Below, one piece after another: positions 56,677-64,000 of a stretch of DNA of 64,000 bases. Position 1 is the first letter of the stretch. Each line of letters begins with the position of its first letter. The position numbers were made by a program, and so were the translations under genes. This DNA comes from Candidatus Woesearchaeota archaeon (GTDB lineage Archaea > Nanobdellota > Nanobdellia > Woesearchaeales > 21-14-0-10-32-9). The stretch spans positions 78,261 through 142,260 of the forward strand of contig JBLKOK010000001.1 of NCBI GenBank assembly GCA_047602735.1, in the 5' to 3' direction. The notes under the pieces are model-generated. The model searched no databases. It saw nothing but the letters and a program-made list of their open reading frames with translations, and was not told where the DNA came from.

Positions 56677-56961
56677 ATGAACATTTGTGATCTGGACACT
56701 AACCAGAAAAACATTACCATAACTGGTAAAATAATAGAGATAAGCGAAATAAGAACTTTTACGCGCTTTGGAAACCCAGGAAAAGTAGCAGTTGCAGTCT
56801 TACAAGATGAGTCTGGAAAAATAGACTTAACCTTGTGGGATGATGAAACAAATGAATTCAAAGAAGGCGACACCGTCATAATAGAAAACGGTAAAGTCAA
56901 AGAATTTAGAGGAAACATACAACTTAGCTCAGGTAGCCGAGGAACAATAGAAAAGCTTTGA
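56677..56961 (+). CDS. OB-fold single-stranded nucleic-acid-binding protein (short RPA/SSB-like)
   Basis: ITGKIIEISEIRTF...GKVAVAVLQDESGKIDLTLWDD...GDTVIIENGKVKEFRGNIQL is a classic tRNA_anti/OB pattern. The antisense ORF 56670..56918 is rejected. Confidence 0.7.
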   Translation: MNICDLDTNQKNITITGKIIEISEIRTFTRFGNPGKVAVAVLQDESGKIDLTLWDDETNEFKEGDTVIIENGKVKEFRGNIQLSSGSRGTIEKL

Positions 56962-56996
56962 AAACTTTTATAAATGAAACCTTGTTTACTAAGTCT

Positions 56997-57070
56997 GGGT
57001 TCTTAGCTCAGACTGGGAGAGCGCACCGCTGAAGCCGGTGAGGTCCTGGGTTCAAATCCCAGAGGACCCA
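56997..57070 (+). tRNA. tRNA-Phe (GAA)
   Basis: Hand-folded cloverleaf. Acceptor stem GGGUUCU/AGGACCC, D arm GCUC/GAGC, anticodon stem CACCG/CGGUG with loop CUGAAGC, T arm CUGGG-UUCAAAU-CCCAG, discriminator A. No encoded CCA. Confidence 0.95.
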
Positions 57071-58008
57071 TCTAACAAGTTCTTAACAAGCATCGTAGCA
57101 TACGACCCTTTAGGCAAATAAAACTTAAACCTAACCTTTTTATAGATATCCCCATCTGATTCTACTTCAAATTCTAAGTCTTTGTAATCAATAAATAAAG
57201 AACGATTAGTACCTTCAGCGCTAAGACTTGGAATTTCTCTTATAATAAAAGATCTTAAAGAAATATTTTCTTCTTCTAATAGTTCATCTATTATAGGTTC
57301 TAAATCTTCAGGTATGTCTGATCCAAAACCAATTATAGGTATTTGTCTTTGATTAGACCGCGGATTTTTTTGTAGATATCTTTTAACAGTTTCATTCCAT
57401 AAAAAGCTTTGATAAGCATGAACGTATAACATAAGCATCTTAGGCTGTATTTGTCTTAGAGCATTTACATAATCATTTGGATTATCATACAAAACTTTTT
57501 TTAAGTGTCTTGCTTTTTGTTGATCGAATTCAAGTATTAAGTTTACTGCTTCTTCAAACTTTGAATTAACAATAAAGCGGCCAATAACATGATTGTTTGA
57601 GCTAAACCTTTGTTCATCAAAGTAATTAGGAACACGTTTTTTAGCTATCTTAGGATCTTTTAATTCACGAACTACTATCTCAAAATTGTTACCTTCTAAG
57701 TCTCCAAGACTTACAGGACCATCAGATTTACCTTGATAAGTTAGCGTGATGTTTTCTGTTTCAAAACCAGAAGGCTTAGAATCAAGTATAGATATGTACT
57801 GATAAGTTATAGCTCTTCTATCTTTTAATCCAGCATAACTTATTTTTTTTCTATCAACATTAAGCTGCTTTGCCACTTCAGTTATAGCTGCCTCAGTTGT
57901 ATAATCTATTTTTTTTAAAAGATAAATAGAATACCTACCTGTTTTATTTAAAGTTCTTTTAAAAACCTCTTTTACTATGAAGTCTTCTGGATGTTTTTTT
58001 AGAATCAT
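57052..58008 (-). CDS. truD: tRNA pseudouridine synthase D (TruD/Pus7 family)
   Basis: HPEDFIVKE, the catalytic region YAGLKDRRAIT and NYFDEQRF. The last 19 nt overlap tRNA-Phe on the opposite strand. Confidence 0.85.
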   Translation of the reverse strand: MILKKHPEDFIVKEVFKRTLNKTGRYSIYLLKKIDYTTEAAITEVAKQLNVDRKKISYAGLKDRRAITYQYISILDSKPSGFETENITLTYQGKSDGPVSLGDLEGNNFEIVVRELKDPKIAKKRVPNYFDEQRFSSNNHVIGRFIVNSKFEEAVNLILEFDQQKARHLKKVLYDNPNDYVNALRQIQPKMLMLYVHAYQSFLWNETVKRYLQKNPRSNQRQIPIIGFGSDIPEDLEPIIDELLEEENISLRSFIIREIPSLSAEGTNRSLFIDYKDLEFEVESDGDIYKKVRFKFYLPKGSYATMLVKNLLDGSSGI

Positions 58009-60203
58009 TATAATCTGTTTCTTTTCTTTGGAACAAGCAATATCGTGCTCATAACTTTTATGTCTTTGTGTCTTGGAACAAAGGTTTTTTGCTTTAAATG
58101 AATCTTAGCTTTTGTAAATGCCTGATCTTTTATTTTTTGAACTCTTTTATCAAAATTATTTTTATGAGTTTTAATTCTTTTATCATATTCCTTGTTTTTA
58201 GATTCAAGTTGAGAAACTCTTTTTTCCCAGTGTTTCATTTCCCTTGTTTTTTTTGCAAGATTGGTTTTTGTTAAAAACTTCTTTATGTATCTTTTAGTTT
58301 TAGTTGAAAATAATTTCTTTTTAAATTCCTTAATCTTTTTGTTATTTGATTTCTTTCTATCCTCATACATAGAGACAAATTTATTCTTTTTATCTTCTAA
58401 TTTTTGTATTCTAGGCTTAATCATTTTTTTAAGATAAACATGGTTTGCCTCAACCACTTTATCTCGGTCTGTGTTTACAGCATCAGTTATAGTACTAATA
58501 AAGAATTTAGTTTTAACTTCTACTTTTACTTCCCTTATAGCATAATTTATTGTGTCTTTTATGTTTCTTTTATGTCTTTCAACAACTACGTTATCAGGAA
58601 CATAAGTTGACCAAGTTACTCTACCAAGGTAATTTCCTACAGGTATTAACTTTGTTGTAAGATCAAAAGTAAAAGGACCTCTTAGAGGAAATTTATGAGA
58701 TTTGAAAGGTTTAACTTCACAAACAATTCTTAGATGAGGAATATAAACATCAGCCTTAGTCATAGCAATTTTTATTTGTGTTTCATCACTATTATTTTTT
58801 ACTTGTTTTATTAAGTTTTGAAGAATCTTGTTATCTACTTTTTCTGCTTTTTTACGCTCAACCACCTTAGGCTTTGAAGCTTTTTTTGTTTTAACAGAAG
58901 TTATTTTTTGTTTTATTTGCTTTAAAACAATCTCTCCTTTTACAAAGGGTCTTGAAGAAGGATTGTTTACCCACGCTATTTCTTTATCTTTTAATGGACC
59001 AGAATGATAAGTGTATAGCCATCTAGACTTAATAGTTTTTTTTGTATTAGATATAGAGTTATTATATACAAACATACCTGTTTTTAATGAAGCAATTTCT
59101 TGTTTTAAATCAGAAGGCGCCATATCTAATGCAGTTGCTACTTTTTCCATATCATTTTCTGTTCTAAGCTTTCCAATAAACCTCGTACCAATATTTCCAA
59201 GTATTTTATAATCTATATCTCCTGGGTTTTGAGTAGCAAGTATTATTCCAAGTCCAAAAGCTCTTGCTTGCCTAATTAATAATTCTAATATCTTTTTTAC
59301 AGGAGGATTGCTTGGAGCTGGAGGTAATAATCCTGCTATTTCATCTATGTATAATATATATTTTAACTTTTCACTTCCTCCTTTTTCAAGTAAGAATTTG
59401 TATATTTCAAATAATATTTTTTCAACTACTAATTGTTTTTCTTGTTGGCTGTGAACAAATCTTAAATCAAAAACAGACAAATTATTTTTTACGAACTGAT
59501 CTTTAACATTTATAGTTTCACCTTCTTTCCAAGCTTTTTTAGAAGGACTGCTAAGTAATAAGTTAAGATTTGCAGCTGCTTTTAATCTGTCTTTTTCTTT
59601 TAAGAAATCTTCTAAGTCTAAACTACCAATTTTTTGGAAAGGAGGATTTATTAGAAACTCTATTAATTTTTGAATTGTTAGATCTTCTTTATTATTCCAA
59701 AAAGTAAGAATTATTTCACTTATCAAAGATTGTACCTTTTCAACGTTAGAAGATATGCTTGCAAGCTGAGTTATACTGGCACTTAAAGGTTCGACAAAAT
59801 TAGCAACTTCAGTTATATCTAAATTTTCAAAGTGCTTTGGTCTGCTTAGATCAGGCATTAAGCTTACAGGGATTCCTTTATTGCTTTTAGGAGTGTAAAT
59901 CTTTGTTTGATAATCAAGTGAAGGAGCATATTGTAACTCGTCATAATATTTTTGAGCTGTACTAGTTGCTTTTCTTCCAGTAACAAAAGGTCTGAAATCA
60001 AATTTTTCGTTATGAATACCAAGACCTGCTATATCTCCTTTAGGATCTATTGCAATAACAGGTATTTTTTTTAAAAGTGCTTCTTCAACCAATACTTTAC
60101 ACATAACTGTTTTACCAGAACCTGTTGTTCCAAGAACCGCCGCGTGCCTTGTTAAGTTTTGAATGTTGAACTTTGCGTCTTCGCTTATATTAATTTGACT
60201 CAT
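58008..60203 (-). CDS. HerA/YjgR-like (DUF87/DUF853-type) P-loop ATPase with a 300-aa Lys-rich C-terminal extension
   Basis: GTTGSGKT, AIDPKGDIAGLG, the Walker B YILYIDEIAG and ILATQNPGDIDYKILGNIGTRFIG. Confidence 0.75.
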   Translation of the reverse strand: MSQINISEDAKFNIQNLTRHAAVLGTTGSGKTVMCKVLVEEALLKKIPVIAIDPKGDIAGLGIHNEKFDFRPFVTGRKATSTAQKYYDELQYAPSLDYQTKIYTPKSNKGIPVSLMPDLSRPKHFENLDITEVANFVEPLSASITQLASISSNVEKVQSLISEIILTFWNNKEDLTIQKLIEFLINPPFQKIGSLDLEDFLKEKDRLKAAANLNLLLSSPSKKAWKEGETINVKDQFVKNNLSVFDLRFVHSQQEKQLVVEKILFEIYKFLLEKGGSEKLKYILYIDEIAGLLPPAPSNPPVKKILELLIRQARAFGLGIILATQNPGDIDYKILGNIGTRFIGKLRTENDMEKVATALDMAPSDLKQEIASLKTGMFVYNNSISNTKKTIKSRWLYTYHSGPLKDKEIAWVNNPSSRPFVKGEIVLKQIKQKITSVKTKKASKPKVVERKKAEKVDNKILQNLIKQVKNNSDETQIKIAMTKADVYIPHLRIVCEVKPFKSHKFPLRGPFTFDLTTKLIPVGNYLGRVTWSTYVPDNVVVERHKRNIKDTINYAIREVKVEVKTKFFISTITDAVNTDRDKVVEANHVYLKKMIKPRIQKLEDKKNKFVSMYEDRKKSNNKKIKEFKKKLFSTKTKRYIKKFLTKTNLAKKTREMKHWEKRVSQLESKNKEYDKRIKTHKNNFDKRVQKIKDQAFTKAKIHLKQKTFVPRHKDIKVMSTILLVPKKRNRL

Positions 60204-60270
60204 AATAAATAGTAGTTACACTAAATTGTATATAAATCTTATCTAAAGATTAGTTTTATTTGTTGTTTAT

Positions 60271-60549
60271 TCATTTTAGGTTTAATAATTCGTATCTAGT
60301 TGAATCATCATAAGAATAATTAAGAGTTGCTCTATGAGTATTCATTTGAAGATGTCTTACTTGTTCTTGACATCTATATAAAGAATAATTTTGTTCTACG
60401 CTTTTTAATTTATACCCTGCAAGACCTGATAATATTATTGCGCCACCCAACACTATGCTAAACGCCACATTATTTATTTTATGGTTTTGTATTAGCTGTT
60501 TGTTTTGAGCTTCTAAAATTTCTAATTTTGTTTGTAAATCTTGTTCCAT
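60271..60549 (-). CDS. Small coiled-coil / single-TM protein (92 aa)
   Basis: ORF with a central hydrophobic segment, upstream of the ATPase on the same strand. Confidence 0.45.
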   Translation of the reverse strand: MEQDLQTKLEILEAQNKQLIQNHKINNVAFSIVLGGAIILSGLAGYKLKSVEQNYSLYRCQEQVRHLQMNTHRATLNYSYDDSTRYELLNLK

Positions 60550-60638
60550 AAATTTAAGTAATAAAATGTTTTTTAAAAATATTTTTAGTTATACTCAAAC
60601 TTTTTAAAAACAAAAAATCTCCTACAAATAAAGATGTT

Positions 60639-60713
60639 GAACCTGTAGCGCAGTCTGGATAGCGCGATTGCCTCCTAAGCAATAGGTCGAGGGTTCGAAT
60701 CCCTCCAGGTTCG
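60639..60713 (+). tRNA. tRNA-Arg (CCU)
   Basis: Hand-folded cloverleaf. Acceptor stem GAACCUG/CAGGUUC, D arm GCGC/GCGC, anticodon stem AUUGC/GCAAU with loop CUCCUAA, T arm GAGGG-UUCGAAU-CCCUC, discriminator G. Confidence 0.95.
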
Positions 60714-60722
60714 TTTAAGAAG

Positions 60723-61763
60723 ATGAATATAGAAAAAAAACATTTAATGATATTTACAGCAATACTAGGAGTTTTGCTGTTTTGGTATGTTTTTACAAAA
60801 GTCCCTCTAAGAGAGGTTTTAAACACAATAAGTAATGCGACCTGGCAACTAATAGCCCTGTATCTTGCTTCAGTTATATTAATACAATTAGTTCTTACAT
60901 ATAGATGGAAAATAATTCTTGAAAGCCAAGGAATAAAACATAGCTTTTGGAAACTTAACAATTATAGGATGGCAGGTGTGAGCGTTGGTTTTTTAACACC
61001 TTCAGCTAGTCTTGGAGGAGAACCTGTTAGAGCAGGACTTTTATCAAAAGAAGCAGATTTATCATTTGAAAAAGCACTTAGTAGCGTTGTTATAGATAAA
61101 ACAATAGAGCTTAGTAGTAGCGCAGTATTTTTTATTATAGGAAGCATAATACTTTTGTTAGCTTTTGTAGTTTCTCCAAAACTAGAAATAGCCCTTATAA
61201 TAATTAGTTTGATATTCTTGTTGCTTGTTATTAGTTTTAATTATCGTATGTTTCAAGGTAAAAAGTTTTTTCATCCAATAATAAAATTTGTTGGGCTTTT
61301 AAAAGTTAAAAGAATAAAGAAAATAGAGAATAAGATATTAGATTTTGAGAAGTTAGTACTTAAATTTTTTAAAAAAGACAAAAAACATTTTGTTTACGTA
61401 GTGTTATTTAGCTTGCTTAGTTGGATTATTATGTTTGTCGAATACAGCGTACTAGCAAGGATAGTAGGACAAAATCTTGAAGCAATACAAATATTTCTTG
61501 CATTTAGCTTTGTTGGAGGCGCATATATCTTGCCAATACCTATGGGTATAGGTGCTTTAGAAGCAGGCCAAGTAAGTCTTTTTAGTATTATACAAATAAG
61601 TGCAGCTGCTGGACTTGCACTTGCTTTAATTGTTAGATTAAAAGATACATTGCTTTCAGCAATAGGTGTTTTAATATTTTTTAAATACGGACTTAACTTC
61701 AATGCATTAAAGAATGCTAGGGTTAGTGATAAAGAAAGAAAAGAAGTTATTAAGAAACTATGA
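60723..61763 (+). CDS. Flippase-like polytopic membrane protein (LPG_synthase_TM / UPF0104 family)
   Basis: About 8 TM segments. YRWKIIL...LGGEPVRA is characteristic of the family. Confidence 0.7.
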   Translation: MNIEKKHLMIFTAILGVLLFWYVFTKVPLREVLNTISNATWQLIALYLASVILIQLVLTYRWKIILESQGIKHSFWKLNNYRMAGVSVGFLTPSASLGGEPVRAGLLSKEADLSFEKALSSVVIDKTIELSSSAVFFIIGSIILLLAFVVSPKLEIALIIISLIFLLLVISFNYRMFQGKKFFHPIIKFVGLLKVKRIKKIENKILDFEKLVLKFFKKDKKHFVYVVLFSLLSWIIMFVEYSVLARIVGQNLEAIQIFLAFSFVGGAYILPIPMGIGALEAGQVSLFSIIQISAAAGLALALIVRLKDTLLSAIGVLIFFKYGLNFNALKNARVSDKERKEVIKKL

Positions 61764-62507
61764 TTTTTTTAATTTATTTTTAAAAATAGATCCCATACCT
61801 TTAAGAGAGCTATAAAATTTAGCGTTATCACCAACTATGGAATTTTGTTTTTTTCTAATTTCTTCTAATATATCAGAAGGATTATTTGAATTTGTTAGTG
61901 TTAATGCATTAGCTAGAGATGATAATATGTGGCTGTCACTTCCTGCAATCATAGGCATATCTAATTTTTTTGCCCACTCTAAGCTTTTTATGTTGTTTCT
62001 TTTGCTTTTAGTCGCATTTAAAACTTCTACAGCATCAAGATTTTTTAGTAAAGAATCATCTTTTTTTATTGTTTTAGCAAGCCCTTTTAGTGTCATGAAC
62101 GGATGAGGTACTGCCCTTAGAGCATTGTAATCAGAAGCCATATCTAATATATAACTTGTTGATAGAGTTACTTTGTTTGATCTTCTATTTAGTTTTTTAT
62201 TTGGAGAGATATGACGATTATAAAATGCTTCAAGTTCAGAATGCTTATCAAAATATAACAGTACGTCTTTTGAAGTTATACTAGTGACTTCTATTCCAGG
62301 CACTACTAATAGTTTTGGAAACATTTTTTTTAATAACAAAGAGCCTTTAATTTCGTTATGATCAGTTACTGATACCCCTATTTTGTGTTTTGATAATAAT
62401 TCACCAAATTCTTTTAGCTTAGTATTACAATCATGACTATACTCAGTATGAGAATGCATATCTATTTTAGTTATGCTTTTATCTAATTCTTCAAAATTTT
62501 TTATCAT
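61758..62507 (-). CDS. PHP-domain metal-dependent phosphoesterase
   Basis: IDMHSHTEYSHDC and ...GSDSH. Confidence 0.8.
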   Translation of the reverse strand: MIKNFEELDKSITKIDMHSHTEYSHDCNTKLKEFGELLSKHKIGVSVTDHNEIKGSLLLKKMFPKLLVVPGIEVTSITSKDVLLYFDKHSELEAFYNRHISPNKKLNRRSNKVTLSTSYILDMASDYNALRAVPHPFMTLKGLAKTIKKDDSLLKNLDAVEVLNATKSKRNNIKSLEWAKKLDMPMIAGSDSHILSSLANALTLTNSNNPSDILEEIRKKQNSIVGDNAKFYSSLKGMGSIFKNKLKKS

Positions 62508-63910
62508 TTTAACTTATTTACAAGCATAGCTACCTTCTTGCCGTCAGCTTTTCCTTTAAGAGCACTCATAGCCTTACCCATTAAAGCACCCATAGGAGCA
62601 CCTTTGTTTTCAGAAATAACTTTTTTTACTATTTTTTCAACTTCATTATCATCTAAAGCCTCGTATTTTGAATAATCTATTTTCTTCTTTGTAGATTCAA
62701 CTAATATATCCGGCACACTAGATATAGAGATTTTTTGTTTTTCTAAATTAGATAATAGTTCGTCTACGACTAAGTGTTTTAGAAGTCCTTCTTTTCTTTC
62801 AACGTCTTTTGCTTTCATTAATAATACATCAACTATTATTCCTGCATCTAATTTTTTGTATTTTTTGAATAACTCCTCAAAGTCATCATTGTTTTTTACA
62901 GCAAGTGTTGCTTGATCTTTACTTAAGGAATATTCTTTTTGATATCTTTTAATTTGCTCTTCTAATGTTTCAGGTATTTTAACTTTAAAATTAGGTATTA
63001 TTACTTCTACATCTGTTTCTGGATACATACGATCTGCACCAGGCATAGGCCTTAGATAAGTAGTTGAAAAATCAGCTTCTGCTTTTCTTACTCCGCTTTC
63101 AACTTTCTTTTTTTGTTTGATTAAACTTAATTGACGTTTTATTTCAAAATCAATTACCTTAGGGATGTTTCTGTAATCTTGAAAACCTTTAACCTCGGTT
63201 CTTGCCCCTCCTTTAATTGAAACATTAACATCTTGTCTTATACTACCAAGACCTCTTTTTACATCTATACTTCTCAAAAACATTCCTAGTTTTTTTGCAA
63301 CTAATTTACATTCCTCCGGGCTTTTTATATCAGGAGCAGTAGCAATTTCAAGCAAAGGAATACCCAGCCTAGAAATATTATACGTATCTTTTGTTTTTGT
63401 TCTTTTTATTACTTGAGCAGATTCTTCTTCTAAACAAAGAGATTCAATCCTTATCTTTTTATTTTCAACTTCTATATAACCATTTTTTGCAATTAGAGCT
63501 GTTCTTTGAAAACCAGAAGTATTAGAACCATCTATAACTGTTTTTCTCATAAACTGTATGCAATCCACTACTTTCATGTTAAGAAGCTTTGCAAGTTTTA
63601 ATGCTTCTATTATAGCAGCTTTATTAACTTCATGAGGTGGTTCATCATCTGTTTCAACCAGACAAGTTGTATCATGATATGCTAAGTATTCAAATTCTTT
63701 TGATTTTTCTAATTCGTGTAAAGCAGCTTTATCTACTTGACCCGATTCACCTGCACTAGCTCTTAGCTGTCTTTTAAAACTAAAATGAGGTTTGTCTTTT
63801 CTTATAACAGTTTTACAATTACAAAAAAGCTTTTTTCCTTCAAGCTGCTGGTGTATTTCAAGTCCTGCTTTAAAACCAAGTTCTTCGTAATTAATACTCT
63901 GTTCTGTCAT
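62504..63910 (-). CDS. gatE: Glu-tRNA(Gln) amidotransferase subunit E (short form)
   Basis: LGFKAGLEIHQQL..KLFCNC, ETDDEPPH and a YqeY-like tail. It lies directly downstream of, and overlapping, a GatD-like C-terminus. Confidence 0.75.
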   Translation of the reverse strand: MTEQSINYEELGFKAGLEIHQQLEGKKLFCNCKTVIRKDKPHFSFKRQLRASAGESGQVDKAALHELEKSKEFEYLAYHDTTCLVETDDEPPHEVNKAAIIEALKLAKLLNMKVVDCIQFMRKTVIDGSNTSGFQRTALIAKNGYIEVENKKIRIESLCLEEESAQVIKRTKTKDTYNISRLGIPLLEIATAPDIKSPEECKLVAKKLGMFLRSIDVKRGLGSIRQDVNVSIKGGARTEVKGFQDYRNIPKVIDFEIKRQLSLIKQKKKVESGVRKAEADFSTTYLRPMPGADRMYPETDVEVIIPNFKVKIPETLEEQIKRYQKEYSLSKDQATLAVKNNDDFEELFKKYKKLDAGIIVDVLLMKAKDVERKEGLLKHLVVDELLSNLEKQKISISSVPDILVESTKKKIDYSKYEALDDNEVEKIVKKVISENKGAPMGALMGKAMSALKGKADGKKVAMLVNKLK

Positions 63911-64000
63911 TTAGCTCCCCTGATATATCTTCGTAATATAATTTCTTTATTTCTTCGTATTCGTAGTTGCTTAAAAGCCATGATAATTTTATGTAAGCAG
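63891..64000 (-). CDS. gatD: Glu-tRNA(Gln) amidotransferase subunit D, C-terminal end (gene enters from the right edge)
   Basis: My own translation gives ...AYIKLSWLLSNYEYEEIKKLYYEDISGELNDRTEY*. The AYxKLxWLL pattern is typical of the asparaginase/GatD C-terminus. It overlaps the gatE start by 20 nt. Confidence 0.55.
   Translation of the reverse strand, partial: AYIKLSWLLSNYEYEEIKKLYYEDISGELNDRTEY

Noticed and set aside
60554-60961. 135-aa minus-strand ORF
   Set aside because: It overlaps tRNA-Arg(CCU) and the 5' end of the well-supported flippase-like gene on the other strand. Its composition is not protein-like.
1-64000. Short antisense ORFs (60-133 aa) nested in long genes
   Set aside because: Each lies fully inside a long gene with recognisable family motifs on the opposite strand, and translates to Phe/Ile/Leu/Ser-rich low-complexity sequence. 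This is the expected antisense of Lys/Glu-rich genes. Examples: 1110..1319, 4627..4851, 4917..5102, 7365..7589, 12041..12223, 12818..13024, 19118..19315, 21577..21816, 22415..22642, 22804..23031, 25477..25761, 26919..27113, 27281..27493, 28567..28857, 30225..30443, 34208..34468, 35160..35351, 35949..36143, 37897..38112, 38534..38848, 40292..40489, 40658..41059, 41561..41743, 41998..42219, 45268..45588, 48208..48547, 49417..49623, 50018..50254, 55378..55593, 56045..56260, 56670..56918, 58404..59506, 60962..61147, 61394..61702 and 61837..62106.
1-64000. CRISPR arrays, rRNA genes, transposases, integrases and prophage modules
   Set aside because: I saw no regularly spaced short repeats, no rRNA-like GC-rich blocks and no ORF with DDE, tyrosine or serine recombinase motifs. 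The only repeats found are the 75-bp pair.

Overview
Visibly AT-rich, very gene-dense archaeal chromosomal segment. Almost every ORF of 90 aa or more is coding. Spacers are mostly under 100 nt, and many neighbouring genes overlap start/stop by 4 nt. The archaeal assignment rests on DnaG primase, RFC large and small subunits, FEN1, Topo VI A/B, PAN, tRNA-splicing endonuclease EndA, GatD/GatE, TruD, Trm5, archaeal-type Trp/Tyr/Gly-tRNA synthetases and a split transketolase. The small genes, extreme Lys/AGA bias and compaction suggest a small-genome DPANN-like archaeon; this is inference only. RNA genes I can support are tRNA-Phe(GAA), tRNA-Arg(CCU), one canonical C/D box sRNA and one unclassified structured RNA of about 214 nt. 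No rRNA, CRISPR array, transposase, integrase or reverse transcriptase was seen. The most unusual content is a tightly coupled five-gene minus-strand operon (39532..45818). It encodes cysteine-rich secreted or membrane paralogues: one with a prepilin-like signal, one polytopic membrane protein with a related ectodomain, and three lipobox proteins. I cannot assign it to a characterised system and propose it as a candidate novel cell-surface assembly. Other notable items:
- a 336-aa intein splitting the Walker A loop of a HerA-like ATPase
- a 1.25 kb compositionally foreign insertion bracketed by perfect 75-bp direct repeats that duplicate the 5' end of a Ski2-like helicase gene
- an HD-hydrolase gene with a single in-frame TGA
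- a translationally coupled redox operon (CcdA-like, GcvH-like, thioredoxin lipoprotein, CoADR/Nox-like flavoprotein)
- a membrane-fused DsbA-like protein
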